Source of the DNA: Rhizodiscina lignyota
Lineage: Eukaryota
Reading direction: 5' to 3'
Length of the DNA: 64,000 bases
Assembly: GCA_010015805.1 (NCBI GenBank)
Contig: ML978127.1
Location: 1,550,001-1,614,000, forward strand
The position numbers and the translations under genes were made by a program. Below are positions 38,978 to 52,774 of this stretch, one piece after another; position 1 is the stretch's first letter, and each line of letters starts with the position of its first letter. The notes under the pieces are model-generated. The model worked only from the letters and a program-made list of their open reading frames with translations, was not told where the DNA came from and did no database searches.

Positions 38978-40973
38978 ATGGCTACAGGTACGTAATTGCT
39001 CTCCGTCTTCTTGTAATCGTGAGATCCGATCTCTGACGCGCACTGTTGTCAGTTCGCATTTGCGTTTGCGGTGATGAAGGCACTGGCAAGTCGAGCTTGA
39101 TCACAGGCTTCGTAAAGGATGTCTTCGTCACGAATCGAATCCAGCCGGTCCTACCTCACGTAACGATACCTCCTACGCTCGGGACGCCCGAAAATGTCAC
39201 CACGACCATTGTTGACACGTCTGCGCTGCCGCAAGAGCGGAACAACTTGCGCAAGGAACTCAGGAAAGCCAACGTGATACTGTTGGTATACTCGGACCAC
39301 TACAGCTACGAACGGGTGGCTCTCTTCTGGATGCCGTTCTTCCGCTCGCTGGGAGTCAATGTACCGGTGGTTCTATGCGCGAACAAGTCAGACTTGCAGC
39401 CCCACCGCACGACGGCCGAGGTGGTGGCGGACGAGATGCTCCCAGTCATGAACGAATTCAAGGAGATAGACTCGTGTGTCCGAACAAGCGCGAAGGAACA
39501 TCACAATATCAACGAGTTTGTCTTCCTATGCCAGAAGGCGGTCACCCATCCCATCGCGCCGCTATACGATTCAAAGGAAGCCGTCCTCAAGCCGGTTACG
39601 GTCGCTGCACTTCGACGCATATTCTTCCTCTCTGACAAGGATCAAGACGGCTATCTCAATGATCAAGAAATAAACGACTTCCAGATGAAGTGCTTTGACA
39701 GACCGTTGAACGACAATGACTTGGTCACCCTCAAGAGCTCCATCGAGAGAGATGTTCCAGATGCGAATACCGAGCATGGAATCGACGTGAGAGGCTTTAT
39801 ACACCTGAACAAGATCTTTGCCGAAAAGGGACGACATGAAACTATTTGGGCAATTCTTCGCAAGTTCCAATACACGGACAGTTTGAGCCTGAGAGATGGC
39901 TTCTTGCACCCGAAGTTCGACGTCCCGCAATTTGCATCCGCTGAGCTGAGTCCTATGGGCTATCGCTTCTTCGTCGATCTATTCCTCCTCTTTGATAAGG
40001 ACAATGATGGTGGTCTCAGCGATGCTGAGCTTGCCGCACTCTTCGCGCCTACTCCAGGCCTACCCCCGTCCTGGGTCGAATCCGCGTTCCCCTCCTGCAC
40101 GGTGCGAAACGAGGCCGGATATGTGACGCTCCAAGGCTGGCTCGCGCAGTGGAGTATGACCACATTCGAAGATCCAAAGACAACACTCGAATATCTCGCC
40201 CGCCTCGGATTTGAAGGTACAGACCGCGCAGGTACGACGGCAGCTCTCAAAGTTACGAAGTCTCGCAAGAAGCGTAACAAACCCGGCCGAGTTGAACGCA
40301 GCGTCTTCCTATGCTACGTCCTTGGATCAGCTGGTAGCGGAAAATCGTCACTTCTTTCTGCCTTCCTCAACCGACAATTCAGTCCAAACTACAGCCCTAC
40401 AATCAAGCCTCAAGTGGCTGTCAATAGCGTCGAATTACAAGGTGGCAAGCAATGCTACCTGATTCTGCAGGAACTGGGCGAGCTCGAGCCCGCCATTCTT
40501 GAGAATCAGGCGAAGTTGGACGCATGCGATCTGCTTTGCTATACTTACGATTCGAGTGACCCAGATAGCTTTGCTCATATTGTGGAGCTCCAGAAAAAAT
40601 ATCCACATCTCGAGAACCTCCCCGCAGTCTACACGGCGTTGAAAGCGGACCAAGACAAAGCGACGCAGAGATGGGAACAGCAACCTGATGAGTACACGAC
40701 AAGTCGAAACATGGCTGCGCCGCTTCATGTCAGCGTAACGTGGAGTAGCATTTCCGAGCTTTTCGTTCATGTGAGATTGCCGTTGTTGATTTGGAAGAAA
40801 CATGCTAATAGTGGTAGCTTGCTGAATCCGCGACGTTTCCATCGACCGCGTTCCCCAAGAGCGAGGAAGAGGCGCCAGACAGGACGAACTTGTACATTGG
40901 CATTGGGGCGATAGTATGTGTTGCAGCTGCATTAGCCATCACCTGGAAAAAGAATATGGCGCCGGCGACTTGA
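38978..40973 (+). CDS. gem1: Mitochondrial Rho GTPase (Miro/Gem1); introns 38988-39052 and 40771-40817
   Basis: [20 protein letters not shown]-hands DKDQDGYLN and DKDNDGGLS; second GTPase GSAGSGKS; C-terminal TM anchor after splicing. Confidence 0.95.
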
Positions 40974-42168
40974 AGCTCTCACGGAATACAGATCTGCAGC
41001 CCTCTTAAGGCGTTCATGCGAGCGATGTACCAAAAGCTTTTCAGACGACATCAAGCGGCCCAATACGAGCAGCTTGAGACGGACACTGGATCGGACCATG
41101 AGGTCTAATCATTCAGCGGAGAGGACGGCGAGACACTGAGTAGGATGGCGACAATTCGCATAAAGGGCGTGTGACGAGCATCTGAGACCTTGCTCAGCAA
41201 AGCGCCACTTATAGACAGAGCGCGTAGGCCAGCTCCCGAAGGAGAGCTATCGATATGACGGCGTTCTCGAACCAGAGTCTCATGAATCATGCATCTGCGA
41301 ATGACGTCGACGAGGTCAGCTTCAGCGAAATCTTCCATGCTGCAGGTAGGATTAGCGTGGAAGGTTCAGCAGTTTGGATATGGGCATTTATAAGGGGAAA
41401 GGGGGTCGCATGAAGTGGAAGAGCGGCTATTGGACGATCGCGCAATTTCGCTAATCGGCCTTTAAACACTTTTACGGACACAACTCCACTCTGAATGCTC
41501 CCGCTTAATAGGGGCAGCATTGCTCCTAGAAGCTCTGTAGAAGAAACGGCTTATCAAACGCTTCTGTTCCCTGTAAATTGTAGATCCAGAAACAGAAACA
41601 CGCGGCAGTCAGCCTGGGTGTTCCTATTCGAAAGGTGAACGCGGCGGGGGACATTCATGCGCTCTGCCAGCGCGGTCGGGCTGTCAGACGAGACGCGTCC
41701 AGGAAGAAGCAATGGATGGAAGCGTCGGAAGAGGTGGATGTAAGACAGAGAGGTGATGCCTCCCGCGAACAGCTCGGGCTCTAACGCTCCTGTATCCAGC
41801 TCGTGCTACGTGCAAAGAAGCGATTGCTGCAGTGTCCTTAGTGTTCGCGCGTGATGATGCAGGGCGACTGGCGGGAGGGTTGAGTGCTGCTAGCCGCACC
41901 CCTGTCCTCTTCACTGCCAACCTTTCACCTTTGAGAACGTCAAGGCGACCCAGCACACCACCATCTCGACTCCTGGAAACCTCCCCTCTCACCTCCACCG
42001 CAAGACACTGAAAATCCCAGATGCTGCCGCCATATCCCTAGCGCACGACTGATTTATCCGCCGCCTAGCCTTCGATGAGCGGCCCGTTGTCGCTACGAGC
42101 GCCGGGTCGACTCCGCCTATTCTTGCACACCACAGCTGCTGGCCATATCCACTCCTCCAACAGCCGCG

Positions 42169-45100
42169 ATGCAGGTGCGTATCTATCTATTTGTTCTCTG
42201 CCTTGAACTGCAGCCTCCGGCCACGCGTGCATTTCCCCCGTAGCGGCACACGACCACATCGTGCGGACGCATTCCACACCCATACCGCGGACAGTGAAAG
42301 ACCCAGACCACAAATCGCTAACGCCGAGATATGAAAATGCAGTCCGACCGAGCGCGCGAGCTGGAGCGCGTATACCAGAGCCGGCGCGGCCATGCAGCTC
42401 AGCTGTCGATCAGCGACGATAACCATCACGTCACGGAGGCCATTGGTGACATGTACGGCGATACGCCCACCCCCGAATTCAGCCTTCGTAACAATCGACC
42501 GCTGAGCTTCGTCCCCTCACCGCTGGGCGAGAGTTTGGAAACAAACTCATCATATTTTCAGAGGACCCAAGGGGAGCCAGGGAGGCCTCCGTTGGGACGG
42601 GTAGGGAGTAATGAACGGGTACCTCCGCAAGTGAATGGGATAAATGGAAATAGCAAGAGAATGGCGGTTGACGGCATGGATGGGATGAGACAAGATTCGC
42701 CAGTTTCGCCGCAGATGTTGAACAGGAACACCAGCGACACGGCGTCACAGCATTTTCCGATGAATCTAGACTACTCAAAGCCCGAAGATGTGGCTCAAGA
42801 GCTGAGTAATCTGCAGGCAATACGGAGAATGTCTATGGATGTCAACTCGCAAGATCCGGACTTGCCATCTTTCAATCCAGGCTTCAGAGTACCTGCTCTT
42901 GCGCCTCCTACACACGGTGCCGACGAGGGAGACCCATCGCGTTTGTTTTGGGTTCCAGCTAGATTACATCCTGAGTTGGCACCAAAGGAGTTCAAGACAT
43001 TCATAGAGGACAAGGTCAAGACAATCAAGCGGACTTCGGCAGGGGAGGAGTCTCTTCTATCGACTGATGGGCTGCAGCGGCAGCCATCTGCAGGCGGCAG
43101 TTTACGGAGAAAGAAGTCAATGCTCTCACGACAAATAGACAGTGGCGCAAACTATGAAGATGGTGCGGAACGATTGGAAAGAAAAAAGTCTTTGTCAAGT
43201 CGAGCGGGAGCGGGAGCGGTGCCAGAATCTCCGGCTGTAGGACTGAAGGAGCTGGAATCATTAGTGAATGATCCGGCTAAGCTTGCGCGGAGGCTCAGTA
43301 GCGAGGCACACCGTGAATCTCTTGACTCTGGAATTGACCTGCCAACCGAAGGAGATGCGCCAATACTGCCAGCGAAGCCAGCAGGCGGCCCAACTCTGAA
43401 GCGCTCCACTCGAACACAGTACAGGCGAGGAAGCACGCGGAAGGGAGAAAAGTTGCCTTTCTCGAAACGCATTGCTCAAAGGCAAGGGCAAACTGAATCT
43501 GAGGGAGAGGAGTCACCTGCATCACCGAATAATGACATTCCTGAAGTTCCAAGTTTACACCTAAGCCGAATCCAGACGGAGCCCATACCTCCTCTTCCAT
43601 CTTCAGTGGAAAACTTTTCAAGGCCCGGCCGAAAGCAGCCACGAAGCCCACCATCGACTGTTCCAGGATATTTTGGAGAAGCTGGCTCAGCACCAAGAGA
43701 AGAGGGAGGTCCTACGGAACGAGAACAGCAGATATCACCTCCACCCGGCCCCGGCCGACGAGTTTTCCATTCCCGCATTGCATCCAATGGCCGTACCACG
43801 GCCGCCTCAATAGGCGCTGTTCCTGTTCCGCAAATTGTCGAAACACCACCTCAACCAGATCCTTCATACCCGCAAGCAGGCCCTGTTCAGCACCCAGAGC
43901 GCAAATCTTCGAGGAGCCCTACCTCACCAGAACCTCCGCCATCATTACCTCCGCAGCAACCGTTACCTAACAGGCCACGACCTATGCCACAAGCTCCGAG
44001 ACCGAATATTGCACGGCAGGCCCCTCTTCCTCAACCACCAAGACAGTCTTTGGATGATATGGCCGCACATCCATCACCTCTTCCAGGGAGCGGCACCAGG
44101 ACTGACACATTGGCCTTCATTCCCACAATGGCAGAAGACAAGAAACCAGTGGAGAAAGACAAGCGCAAAGGCAAAGAGGACTCGAGGAAGACGAGCTGGA
44201 GTTGGGGTTCGCTGCTCGGCAGTGATGAGAAAGAGAAGGAAAAGGAACGCGAGAGAAGAGAACGAGAAGAGGCAGCCAAGAAGGCGACAAAAAGCAGGCT
44301 TGGACGATCTGGCGAATCGAGTGATAGCACACGGCTTGATGTACTACAACAGTCCATCGACGGCAGACAGCCGCGTGAGAGTCTGGTACTGGATCGGAAT
44401 AGCCTGCGTCTAGAGGAAGAGCGAAAGAAGGAGAGTAATCGTAAATCTGGCGGTGATTCGAAGAAAGAGAAAGACTCGAGCATCTTTTCCTCACTATTCG
44501 GTGGCTCAAAGAAGAAGGCCGAGAAGGAGTCGTCAGGCAAAAAAGGCAGTTCATCACGCGGTCTGTCACCTGAGCCTCCACCACGGATACTCAAACCAGA
44601 TGTCGACTACAACTGGACGCGGTTCTCGATCATGGAAGAGAGGGCGATCTACCGCATGGCGCATATCAAGCTTGCAAACCCGAAGAGAGAATTGTACTCT
44701 CAAGTACTGCTAAGTAATTTCATGTACAGCTATCTCGCGAAGGTGCAGAGTCAGCATCCACAATTACAAGTACCAGCGGCGATGCAGCAGAAGAGGCAAC
44801 AGGGTCCCCCGGGCCAGAAAAAGGAAGGACAGCCTGAGGAGTTTGCGCAGTATCAAAGATATCAGGAGGTAAGTGATACAATCGCAAAGCGAAATAGCTA
44901 ACACAGAGCATAGCCTGACTTTCTTCTCAAACAGCAACAAGCGCGTAGCGAATCGCAGAACCAGCAACAAGAGCCAAGTGGGTCTCAAAACAACAAACCC
45001 TCAACAGACCCTCCCGCAGGACATGAGGACGAAGACGGGCCAGCGGTCGGTAATAATAATGTCAGGCCAGACTCTCGCGTCTCCCAGCATACGCAGTATG

Positions 45101-45363
45101 CGCCTCAACAACAGTATCAGCATCAGCACCAACATCAGCATCAGAATCAGAATCAACATCAGAATCAACATCAGCATCAGCATCAGCATCAGCAACCGCA
45201 GCAATCACAATACGGCGGTGGTGGTGCCGGTCCTCCAAATGGAGCACATGGCGGTGCGCCTATAGCACATGGGCAGCAGAACTATCTGGGACACATGGCA
45301 GCGCACCGGAGTCAGCCGCTGATACAAGACGCAGGGCAGAGAGAAGAGCATATGTGGACATAA
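42169..45363 (+). CDS. zds1: Zds1-like protein (Zds_C domain); introns ~42175-42342 and 44869-44934
   Basis: LFWVPARLHPELAP; C-terminal NWTRFSIMEERAIYRMAHIKLANPKRELYSQVLLSNFMYSYL; last exon Q/H-rich, stop at 45361-45363. Confidence 0.82.
45115..45195 (+). repeat. Coding hexanucleotide repeat (cat/aat-cag/caa), encoding (H/N-Q)n
   Basis: catcagcaccaacatcagcatcagaatcag..., in frame in the last Zds1 exon. Confidence 0.85.
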
Positions 45364-46389
45364 TACGCGAATAAGGAATTTTGCTCAGGCGTTTCTGGAG
45401 ATGGACGATGGTGAGCGTTGAGTGCGAGATGAGCGATGGGTGGACGGGATTCGATATCACGAATGCATAGCGACGGGTCACCTTCTTTCCTTCTTCCTCT
45501 TAGTTGTTACTGGCCCTCTGTCGCACCAGAGGGCTTTTCCTTTGTGTAGACCTGTTGCCACTACGGCTTTCCCGTCCGTCAATGGCTATGACACGGCCGG
45601 CTCCAACATTTTCGTTTTCTTCGGCTCAACACGCTCCCACATCAAGAACTCTCATATGTTTGAATTGATGCGTGTTGAGCGCTTTCCTTACACATTCATG
45701 AGGGGAGATGGATGGAGAAGGAAAGGCTTGTACGAGCTGTATAATATCTATCTCCTTTTCTTTCCAACCTCTTTTTGTCTAATCGGACCGCGCGTGGCTT
45801 CCCAAGAGCTGGCAGTCTCGTACGTTTGCGGAAGGATAGCAAATTCACATTATCCTTGAATTCCCCAGTCTCCGTCGAGGCAAACTTCACGTCTTCTAGA
45901 ATCGGCTCATTATCCAGGTGAACAATCCGAAGCGGCTGTTTTAAAATGTCCACCAATTCCTCCGCAGTTTGTCTGGAGGTGTGTTGTCTGCTCTAAAATC
46001 CGCTCACCAGCCACAGATGAATATCTCCGAACGCGGCGCTTTACGGCCGTCAACTGAGCGAAAACGCTCAGCTCATGCACAGAATCACCAAGCCCCACAC
46101 ACCCGCCCGCACGCCTAATTTGGTCTAGCGCTTACTCCGTACATTTTCGTCCTTATTCATCCTTCGTTCTGCTGTTTAAGGTATGTACAACAACCCAGGA
46201 CCCTGCGTCTAGCAAGCTGCGGCTGCGCACGTCACAGGTAAGAAAGTTATCGCGCGAGCTCCGTTGATTTCGCATCAATTTCTTAACTTCAATATTTAAC
46301 TTCTCGCATCGCTCTCCAATCTGTCGCTCTCGACCCCAAGCTTTTCTTTTATTCTTAATCCGCGCATCAATTACAAGCACTCCATCAAA

Positions 46390-47121
46390 ATGTCCACCGT
46401 CGATCCCACCCTCCCATCTCCCCTCCTTCCAACCTTCCCTCCCCCACCACAGCTCATGGCCGAGCCCTCCACCGAGAAACCCGCCGTGCAGTCCCTCATC
46501 CACACCCTCAAAATGCAATCGCACATCGAGGGCGGGTACTTTGTCGAAACGGACCGCGACCCAGCGCTCGTGCCGAACCCATTCCACCCCTCCACCGACG
46601 CCATCTACCGCAGCACCCAGGCGCGACTCGCAGCCCTGAACCCGACCGTCGCGCTGTACATGAGCACGGTGTTTCCCTCCGACAACGACAACGACACCAC
46701 GCGCAACGCCAGCACCACCATCTTCTACCTGGTCACCGAGAAGAGCCCCATGGGCGCGTTCCATAGGAACAAGGCGCGCACGGTGCATACGCTGCATCGT
46801 GGGCGCGGGAGATACGTCCTGATCCATGCGGACGAGGCGGAGCTGAGCGGCGGCAAGGCGCGCATCGAGACGTTCGTGGTGGGGCAGAACGTTGAGAAGG
46901 GGGAGCGCTTGCAGTGGATTGTGGAGGGGGGGAAGTATAAGTGTAGTTACCTGCTGCCGGATGAGGAGGGCGGGGATAGCAGTAATGGGCTGTTGATTAG
47001 CGAGACGGTTGTGCCGGGGTTTGATTATAAGGATCATGATTTCTGTCCGATGGAGAGGTTCAGGCAGTTGGTGACGGAGGAGCAGGCGAAGGAGATGGAG
47101 TGGATGATTAGGAAGACCTGA
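46390..47121 (+). CDS. Cupin_5 (DUF985) family protein
   Basis: HIEGGYFVET, STTIFYL, FHRN, LQWIVEGG, LISETVVPGFDY. Confidence 0.88.
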   Translation: MSTVDPTLPSPLLPTFPPPPQLMAEPSTEKPAVQSLIHTLKMQSHIEGGYFVETDRDPALVPNPFHPSTDAIYRSTQARLAALNPTVALYMSTVFPSDNDNDTTRNASTTIFYLVTEKSPMGAFHRNKARTVHTLHRGRGRYVLIHADEAELSGGKARIETFVVGQNVEKGERLQWIVEGGKYKCSYLLPDEEGGDSSNGLLISETVVPGFDYKDHDFCPMERFRQLVTEEQAKEMEWMIRKT

Positions 47122-47294
47122 TGGTCGTGAGGAGTGTCTGGTAGGGTGCAGATTGGAACTGGATTTCAGCGAGACCATGGACATGTTGCAAATGAATCAA
47201 TGCCTATTCAGCGGCGGATATACAGCTCGTGACATCGTGATACATACATGAATCTATACAGCTTCTCCGTAACTACCCATTTGCAGTCCTCGTC

Positions 47295-48034
47295 TTAAGC
47301 TTTCGACTCCTTCTTCACCTCTGCATCCTCCGTCTTCACCTCCCCGTTCTCCTTCTTCACCTCCCCATTCTCCTTAGCCGCATCCTCCGCACTAAAGTTC
47401 AAACTGATGCTGTTGACACAATGCCTCTCGTCCGTCGGCGTCGAGTATCCCTCGCCCTTGAACACGTGCCCCAGATGTCCGCCACAGTTGTTGCACGTAA
47501 TCTCCGTCCTCTCCATCCCGAAGGATCGATCCGTGTGCCGCTTCACGGCGCCAGGGACGGCGTCGAAGAAGGCCGGCCAGCCGCAGCCGGACTTGAACTT
47601 GTGGCCCGCTTTGTAGAGAGGCGCGTCGCAGGCGGCGCAAGTGTAGACGCCTTCCTCGGGCATGTGCTTGTCGTACTTGCCGGTGAAGGGGGCTTCGGTG
47701 CCCCTTTCGCGGAGGATGCGGAATTGTTCTGATGAGTCCGATGTTAGTATTTTCTATTTTCTTTCCCGCATGAATCATGCTCGGATGAGGGGCGCGTACC
47801 TTTGTTCAGCACCGCTTGCCACTCCTCCTTCGACTTCTGGACTGGATACGACATGTTGTCTTGCGAACGAGACGAGCTGCTGAACAGAGATCCGAGGAAC
47901 GGGATGGTTGGCATAGACCTGAGGAGCAGTGCTTTCGGTGCCGGGTAAATGCTTGAGATGTTGGCGGGGAACAGGCGAGTTGCGTTGAGGGTGTAGAGCG
48001 TGCGGACGATGTGTGTGAAGTTAGGAAAGCGCAT
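47295..48034 (-). CDS. msrB: Methionine-R-sulfoxide reductase MsrB, possible mitochondrial presequence; intron 47729-47799
   Basis: KSKEEWQAVL, QFRILREKGTE-like junction, CAAC, SGCGWPAF, CNNCGGHLGHVF, RHCVNS. Confidence 0.92.
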
Positions 48035-49187
48035 CAGAAGGAGCACTGGGGAGATGGTTTATATGTTTGGAGGCTTGAGACGGAGGATGAAATGATATGG
48101 AAGCATTGGAATGGCTCGCCTGGGGCTTTGGTCGGATCTGGCTAATGTAGTCGTATTAGAGATGGTGTTGCAGGCGCGTGTGGCGTCATCCGAGGCACAG
48201 GCCGCGCCCAATTATTTGTCAGAGGTCAGTGGGCGCGTCATGCATCTGGAACATGTGCTGCTTATAATGTCGGCCTGATTGCAGTGAGCTTTGACGCTGA
48301 AAATGGATGAAATCCAGATCAGCAGCGGTGGGCAGAGGTGACTCCTGGAGCGTTTGAATGCTTAGTTATAGAACAGCTTGGATAGAAGATGAGCCTTTTT
48401 GAATTTAGCGGAATCATTGAGCAGAAATCTTAGAGGCTTGCGCGAGAAGTCTACATTCAAAGCGAAGTGTCTGCGCTGAAGACACCGGTGAGATTGGGAC
48501 GATAAAGCTCGACATTACAAGCCCTGCCATTTGAGCACGCGGCAGAATCGGGTAGGGCTGAAAACAATCTCAAATCTTTTAGGTTTTAACTGTCACGGCT
48601 GTGCACCTGAGCCTTAACTTCACTGTCATCAACATTTTGGCGGCGTATGCAGCTGGAAGCTTCCAGGTTCTCGAGCAAATGATCACCGTACGATAATACT
48701 TCGCAGTTCAACGCCAAATGACAACACTATGGGCAGGCAGGGGAAGTCATCGGTATCGTACGATGTATCGCACAGCCGACTTCACCTCTCCAGGGGCAAG
48801 AGGACACGGCCGAGACACTTGCGGATTCTTGTGGCTTTGCCGGATGATATGAGAGTTGTCGCGATGCAAGGAGTCCGAAGTCGAGGTACCGCTCCTCAAG
48901 CTGCCGCAGCTACTAAGCAACTGCGCAATGTCGGAAGGGAGTAGTATCGACTTCACTGCGAATCACTAGATCACTTTCGACTCTCTTCGAGGGTGCTAGA
49001 GCCGGTCCTAAAATCCCTAATGCATTCTGCTACTGACTGCCGCCACTGTAGAGAAACTCCACGGACGTCTGAAATTGTGACTGAACCAGTACTTGGCATG
49101 GCGCACCAACTACAGAAGAAGTGGTCACGACATGGGAAATGATAGTCAGCGAATAGAGTCGCAAGCATACAAGAACCACATCTCCTG

Positions 49188-49610
49188 TTGAGACTGATGC
49201 TCATGAAGCAGCGTTGCAAGTGCGGAAGAGGCGTCCCGAAAACCAACAGTATTGACGCATTCGTCGCATATCGACGATTCGCCTTTTACAGAGACTGCGT
49301 CCAGGCGGCCGATGTAGCGTCTCCATTGGTTCTTCAAATGACTGATCGAGCAATATCAAAATTCCTCACAAGACCGGGCACTGCGGCAAACCTACGCGAT
49401 TTCGCGGTTCGACAGGCAGAGCAACCGGAGCTCCGAGAGGAAATGGCTAAATGGGGAGAGCAGAGGCGGGTGGTTATGAAGGCTGCTGTGGTTGCGAAGC
49501 TTACGCATTCCAGCGACGGGGCACAGCCAGCCAAAGAACTCTTAATTAGCACAGGACATTCCCGGCTTACTGTAGAAGACAGCGCATTCAAGGAAGATTA
49601 CTTCTACTAG
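49188..49610 (+). CDS. Hypothetical protein (possibly an exon of a larger gene)
   Basis: 140-codon frame with protein-like composition; true start unresolved. Confidence 0.3.
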   Translation: MRLMLMKQRCKCGRGVPKTNSIDAFVAYRRFAFYRDCVQAADVASPLVLQMTDRAISKFLTRPGTAANLRDFAVRQAEQPELREEMAKWGEQRRVVMKAAVVAKLTHSSDGAQPAKELLISTGHSRLTVEDSAFKEDYFY

Positions 49611-50141
49611 GGTATCAATCGCCAGACCTTCTTAGGGTATAATATAATAGGAGGGATCCTTTAAGAAGTACGTAAGGAAATTTAGGAGCAGGCATAGGAT
49701 GATGATAAATAACGAGTTTCCTACTATTCTCAGTGATATCAAGTCGTAGAAAACGGAGGTGCTACTGGGCTAGAGTTGATTGGTGAAGTGGATTTGACGA
49801 TTTATATCAGGAGATTAAGCTACTATCACCGGCAATGAGATTCTGAACCTACAGGAACAGGCAATTGTGATCAACGCTCGTTGTACAGTGTCACAGGGTT
49901 GGAAGGAGCTCTTTTCTTGCCGAAGTCGACGCTCTTATGACATTGTTGCCCGAATGGAAGGCACATCTGTGCAATAACTATCGACCCTCCACCAATGGGC
50001 GGCGAACGTCTTCGACAGCCTAGCATCGCTCTTTCCTGCAGTTCACTCCCACTTCCATCCGATCTCACCTCTTTAAATGTGGACTTCTTCACCTCATCTT
50101 CACTTTCCGTCCAATTGCAATACAGCGTTGACCGATTCGCA

Positions 50142-50897
50142 ATGGCTCCAGTAACTCACGAGTCTGTCGTCTATAAAACTCTTTGTGACATCGGCTGACT
50201 TACATATAGGGTTATCTCCTGCGGCTTTGCTACTCTCGTCGTTGGCCCAGACAACATCGTCCTCTATGCCTACGTCCGCCTCCTTTGCGATGCCTCGCCA
50301 TTCTTTGCCAAACCGTTGCAGCCCATAGACAACGAGAGGAAGGTTTTCCTGCTGCCTGATGACGAGGTCCCAATCGTTTCTGCGTTCGTCCGATGGCTTT
50401 ATGACCCCTACATGCCGGAAATCCTCGGAAGCGGATCTCAAGGCATCCTGTCGTGGGTTAAGCTATGGGTCTTTGCCGAGAAGGTCGAGGCGGTGAAGCT
50501 GCAAAACCAAATTGTGGATTACTTCATATACAACTGGACGATCACGAGGACACTCAATCCGCTCAACGGGGATATCATCTCATGGCTTTATAGGCACACC
50601 AAAAAGGATTGCATCTTGCGTAGATTGGTCATTGACATGGCGTGGTGTCACATGAGGGACAATGCGGATCCAAACTTCACAGACGAAAGGGTTGCAGCAT
50701 TTCCGCGCGAATTCGTCAACGAGCTCTGCGCCTCTCCCCTCAGATCAAAGTCCTTCGTCATGTCGGATACTTTTGCGGCAAGAAAGTCGGCTTTGAGCAC
50801 CAGCGACATCTACCATGTTAAATCTCAGGTGGCGAGAACTCCTGATGGCAAACAACACGGTCGAGAACCGGAGGTGAAACGGCAGCGCAGGGCTTGA
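50142..50897 (+). CDS. BTB/POZ domain protein; intron 50162-50209
   Basis: TLVVGPD...LLCDASPFF...LPDDE..VSAFVRWLY, LWVFAEK, LQNQIVD, ILRRLVID. Confidence 0.8.
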
Positions 50898-51412
50898 GAA
50901 TTTGGCTCCCAGCAGTGGAAGACGATGGGTGTTGGCATAGTGTCCAGTGAGTTCTGGAGAGGGACCCCGCGGTTTGACTGCTTTACCTCCGTATCAATTT
51001 CGGTTATTCTCATATGTCGGAGAAGCGACTTGTACGTGTGGGAGAATCACTTCCGGTTTATGTATCGATGATATGTGTGGGAACTCTTGCAATAGCAATC
51101 GGTTTCAAAGTGAAGCATTGGCACTCAATTTCATTTCACTTTTGTACCTGTTGCATTGACGTTGGCAACTTCACCGCAACTTTATGGTTGTTCTGAGGCA
51201 CCTTCGAAATTGAGTTACTTTGTTGCCTTCCCATTCACTTGATCCTCTTTCAATTCAATGCACAGTAACGACAACTCTTTCACACTGCGTATTCAACCCA
51301 CTTTACAAATTCTCTTTAAAGAGCGTTGATACTCTTGAATGCCGCACTCCAAACCTCACTCCTGTTCTTTCACATTTGTTTCTCTGCAGAGGAGCTGCAC
51401 CATTCCGACATC

Positions 51413-52091
51413 ATGGTGGCATTGACTCGGCAGCAAGTTAAACCCATATTTCTTCATATGCCTCACTTGACTGACCGGCTGCAGGGTCTTCATAGGCGAG
51501 CTCGCCACCATCGTCGTCGGTCTAACGAAAGACCACTTTCATGTCCATGCGGAACTCCTCATTGCACACTCGCCGTTCTTCAAGAAAGCGCTTCGTAATG
51601 ACTCCACTGAAGGGAAAATTACGACGGTCGAACTTCCGGATCATCTTCCAGCGACCTTCGCGGCGATTTGCAAATGGCTATACTCTGACAAGATCGACTT
51701 GGATCCCGAGACATTTACTTTCGCACACATTGCCCACTTGTGGGTACTGGCCGACAAACTTCAGATCCCGAAACTACAAAACGACGCCATGCGTCTCGCT
51801 CCACTCAGATACGCGAGGTTGCAGCACTCCAACCTCAGAACTACAAACATAGATTGGGTGTACACACACACAGTTCCCGGAAGCCCACTTCGCCGAGTCG
51901 TGGTGGATTTGACGATCGCGAAAGCGGCTGCCATCGTGATACGTCAGGTTCCACAATACTGTCGCGAATATGTGGATGAATTGTGTCAAGAGTTTCTGGC
52001 CCGGCTCGAAGGACAACAGCAGCGGGCCACAATGGAACAAGAACCGGGCTTCGTAAGGAACGTTGACGAATATTTTGTGGACGAGGTCTAG
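51413..52091 (+). CDS. BTB/POZ domain protein; GC-AG intron 51433-51484
   Basis: TIVVGLTKDHFHVHAELLIAHSPFFKKAL, ELPD, KWLY, LWVLADKLQIPKLQNDAM, GSPLRRVVVD. Confidence 0.82.
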
Positions 52092-52774
52092 AACGAGAAG
52101 ACACGATCACTAGACATTGTTGGAAGTTCCAGTCATCGGCGATGTTATCGAACTCTGACTTCTGTGGAAGGAAATCGATTGGCGGAAGACGTTAACAGAA
52201 GTGGAAGTTTGTCTTAGTGAAAGATGGCCGTAGATTTAGTCGCTGGTGTAACTCAGTTCGTATTGTGAAGAGCTGGTGCGGGCGGCAATGGTAGCTGCAA
52301 ACTTGGTTTGTCAATTTCCATAAAAGCCTTTATATCATTCAGAAATTCCCTTTCATTCTCATACTCAATAGCTAAGGGCATTCCTGTTGCTCTTGCTCTT
52401 GTAACGACAAGTCTCTCTTGGGTTACACTTTGGGTATTCTTCATTCCGCGATTAGGCTCTCGATCAAATAGATCACTCATCGACTACGCCCCTTAAAGCT
52501 CGATCTCCATACACAGGCCACAAGCCGAACGAGTGCATTAATTGAAGCAGCGCTCAGTCTACACGTATAAGCGGCAAATTGCGCACCCGTACATGATATA
52601 ATCGAAGCTCAAGCTACACGCGTAAGCCCGAAGCTGAATAGCCACCAAGCAAACAACTACGCTATCTCCACAGCTTGATATCGGCGTCAAGTATAGGAAT
52701 CGTGATGTGCTGGGACCCGTGGAACAGCAAGGTGGCCAGAAAGTCTCGACGGCACTACAAAGACGGCGGACGTT

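Noticed and set aside
45001..45247. ML/IL- and AD-repeat ORFs on the minus strand
   Set aside because: Antisense readings of the (HQ)n coding repeat.
46153..47184. 343-aa minus-strand ORF
   Set aside because: Antisense shadow of the GC3-rich cupin gene.
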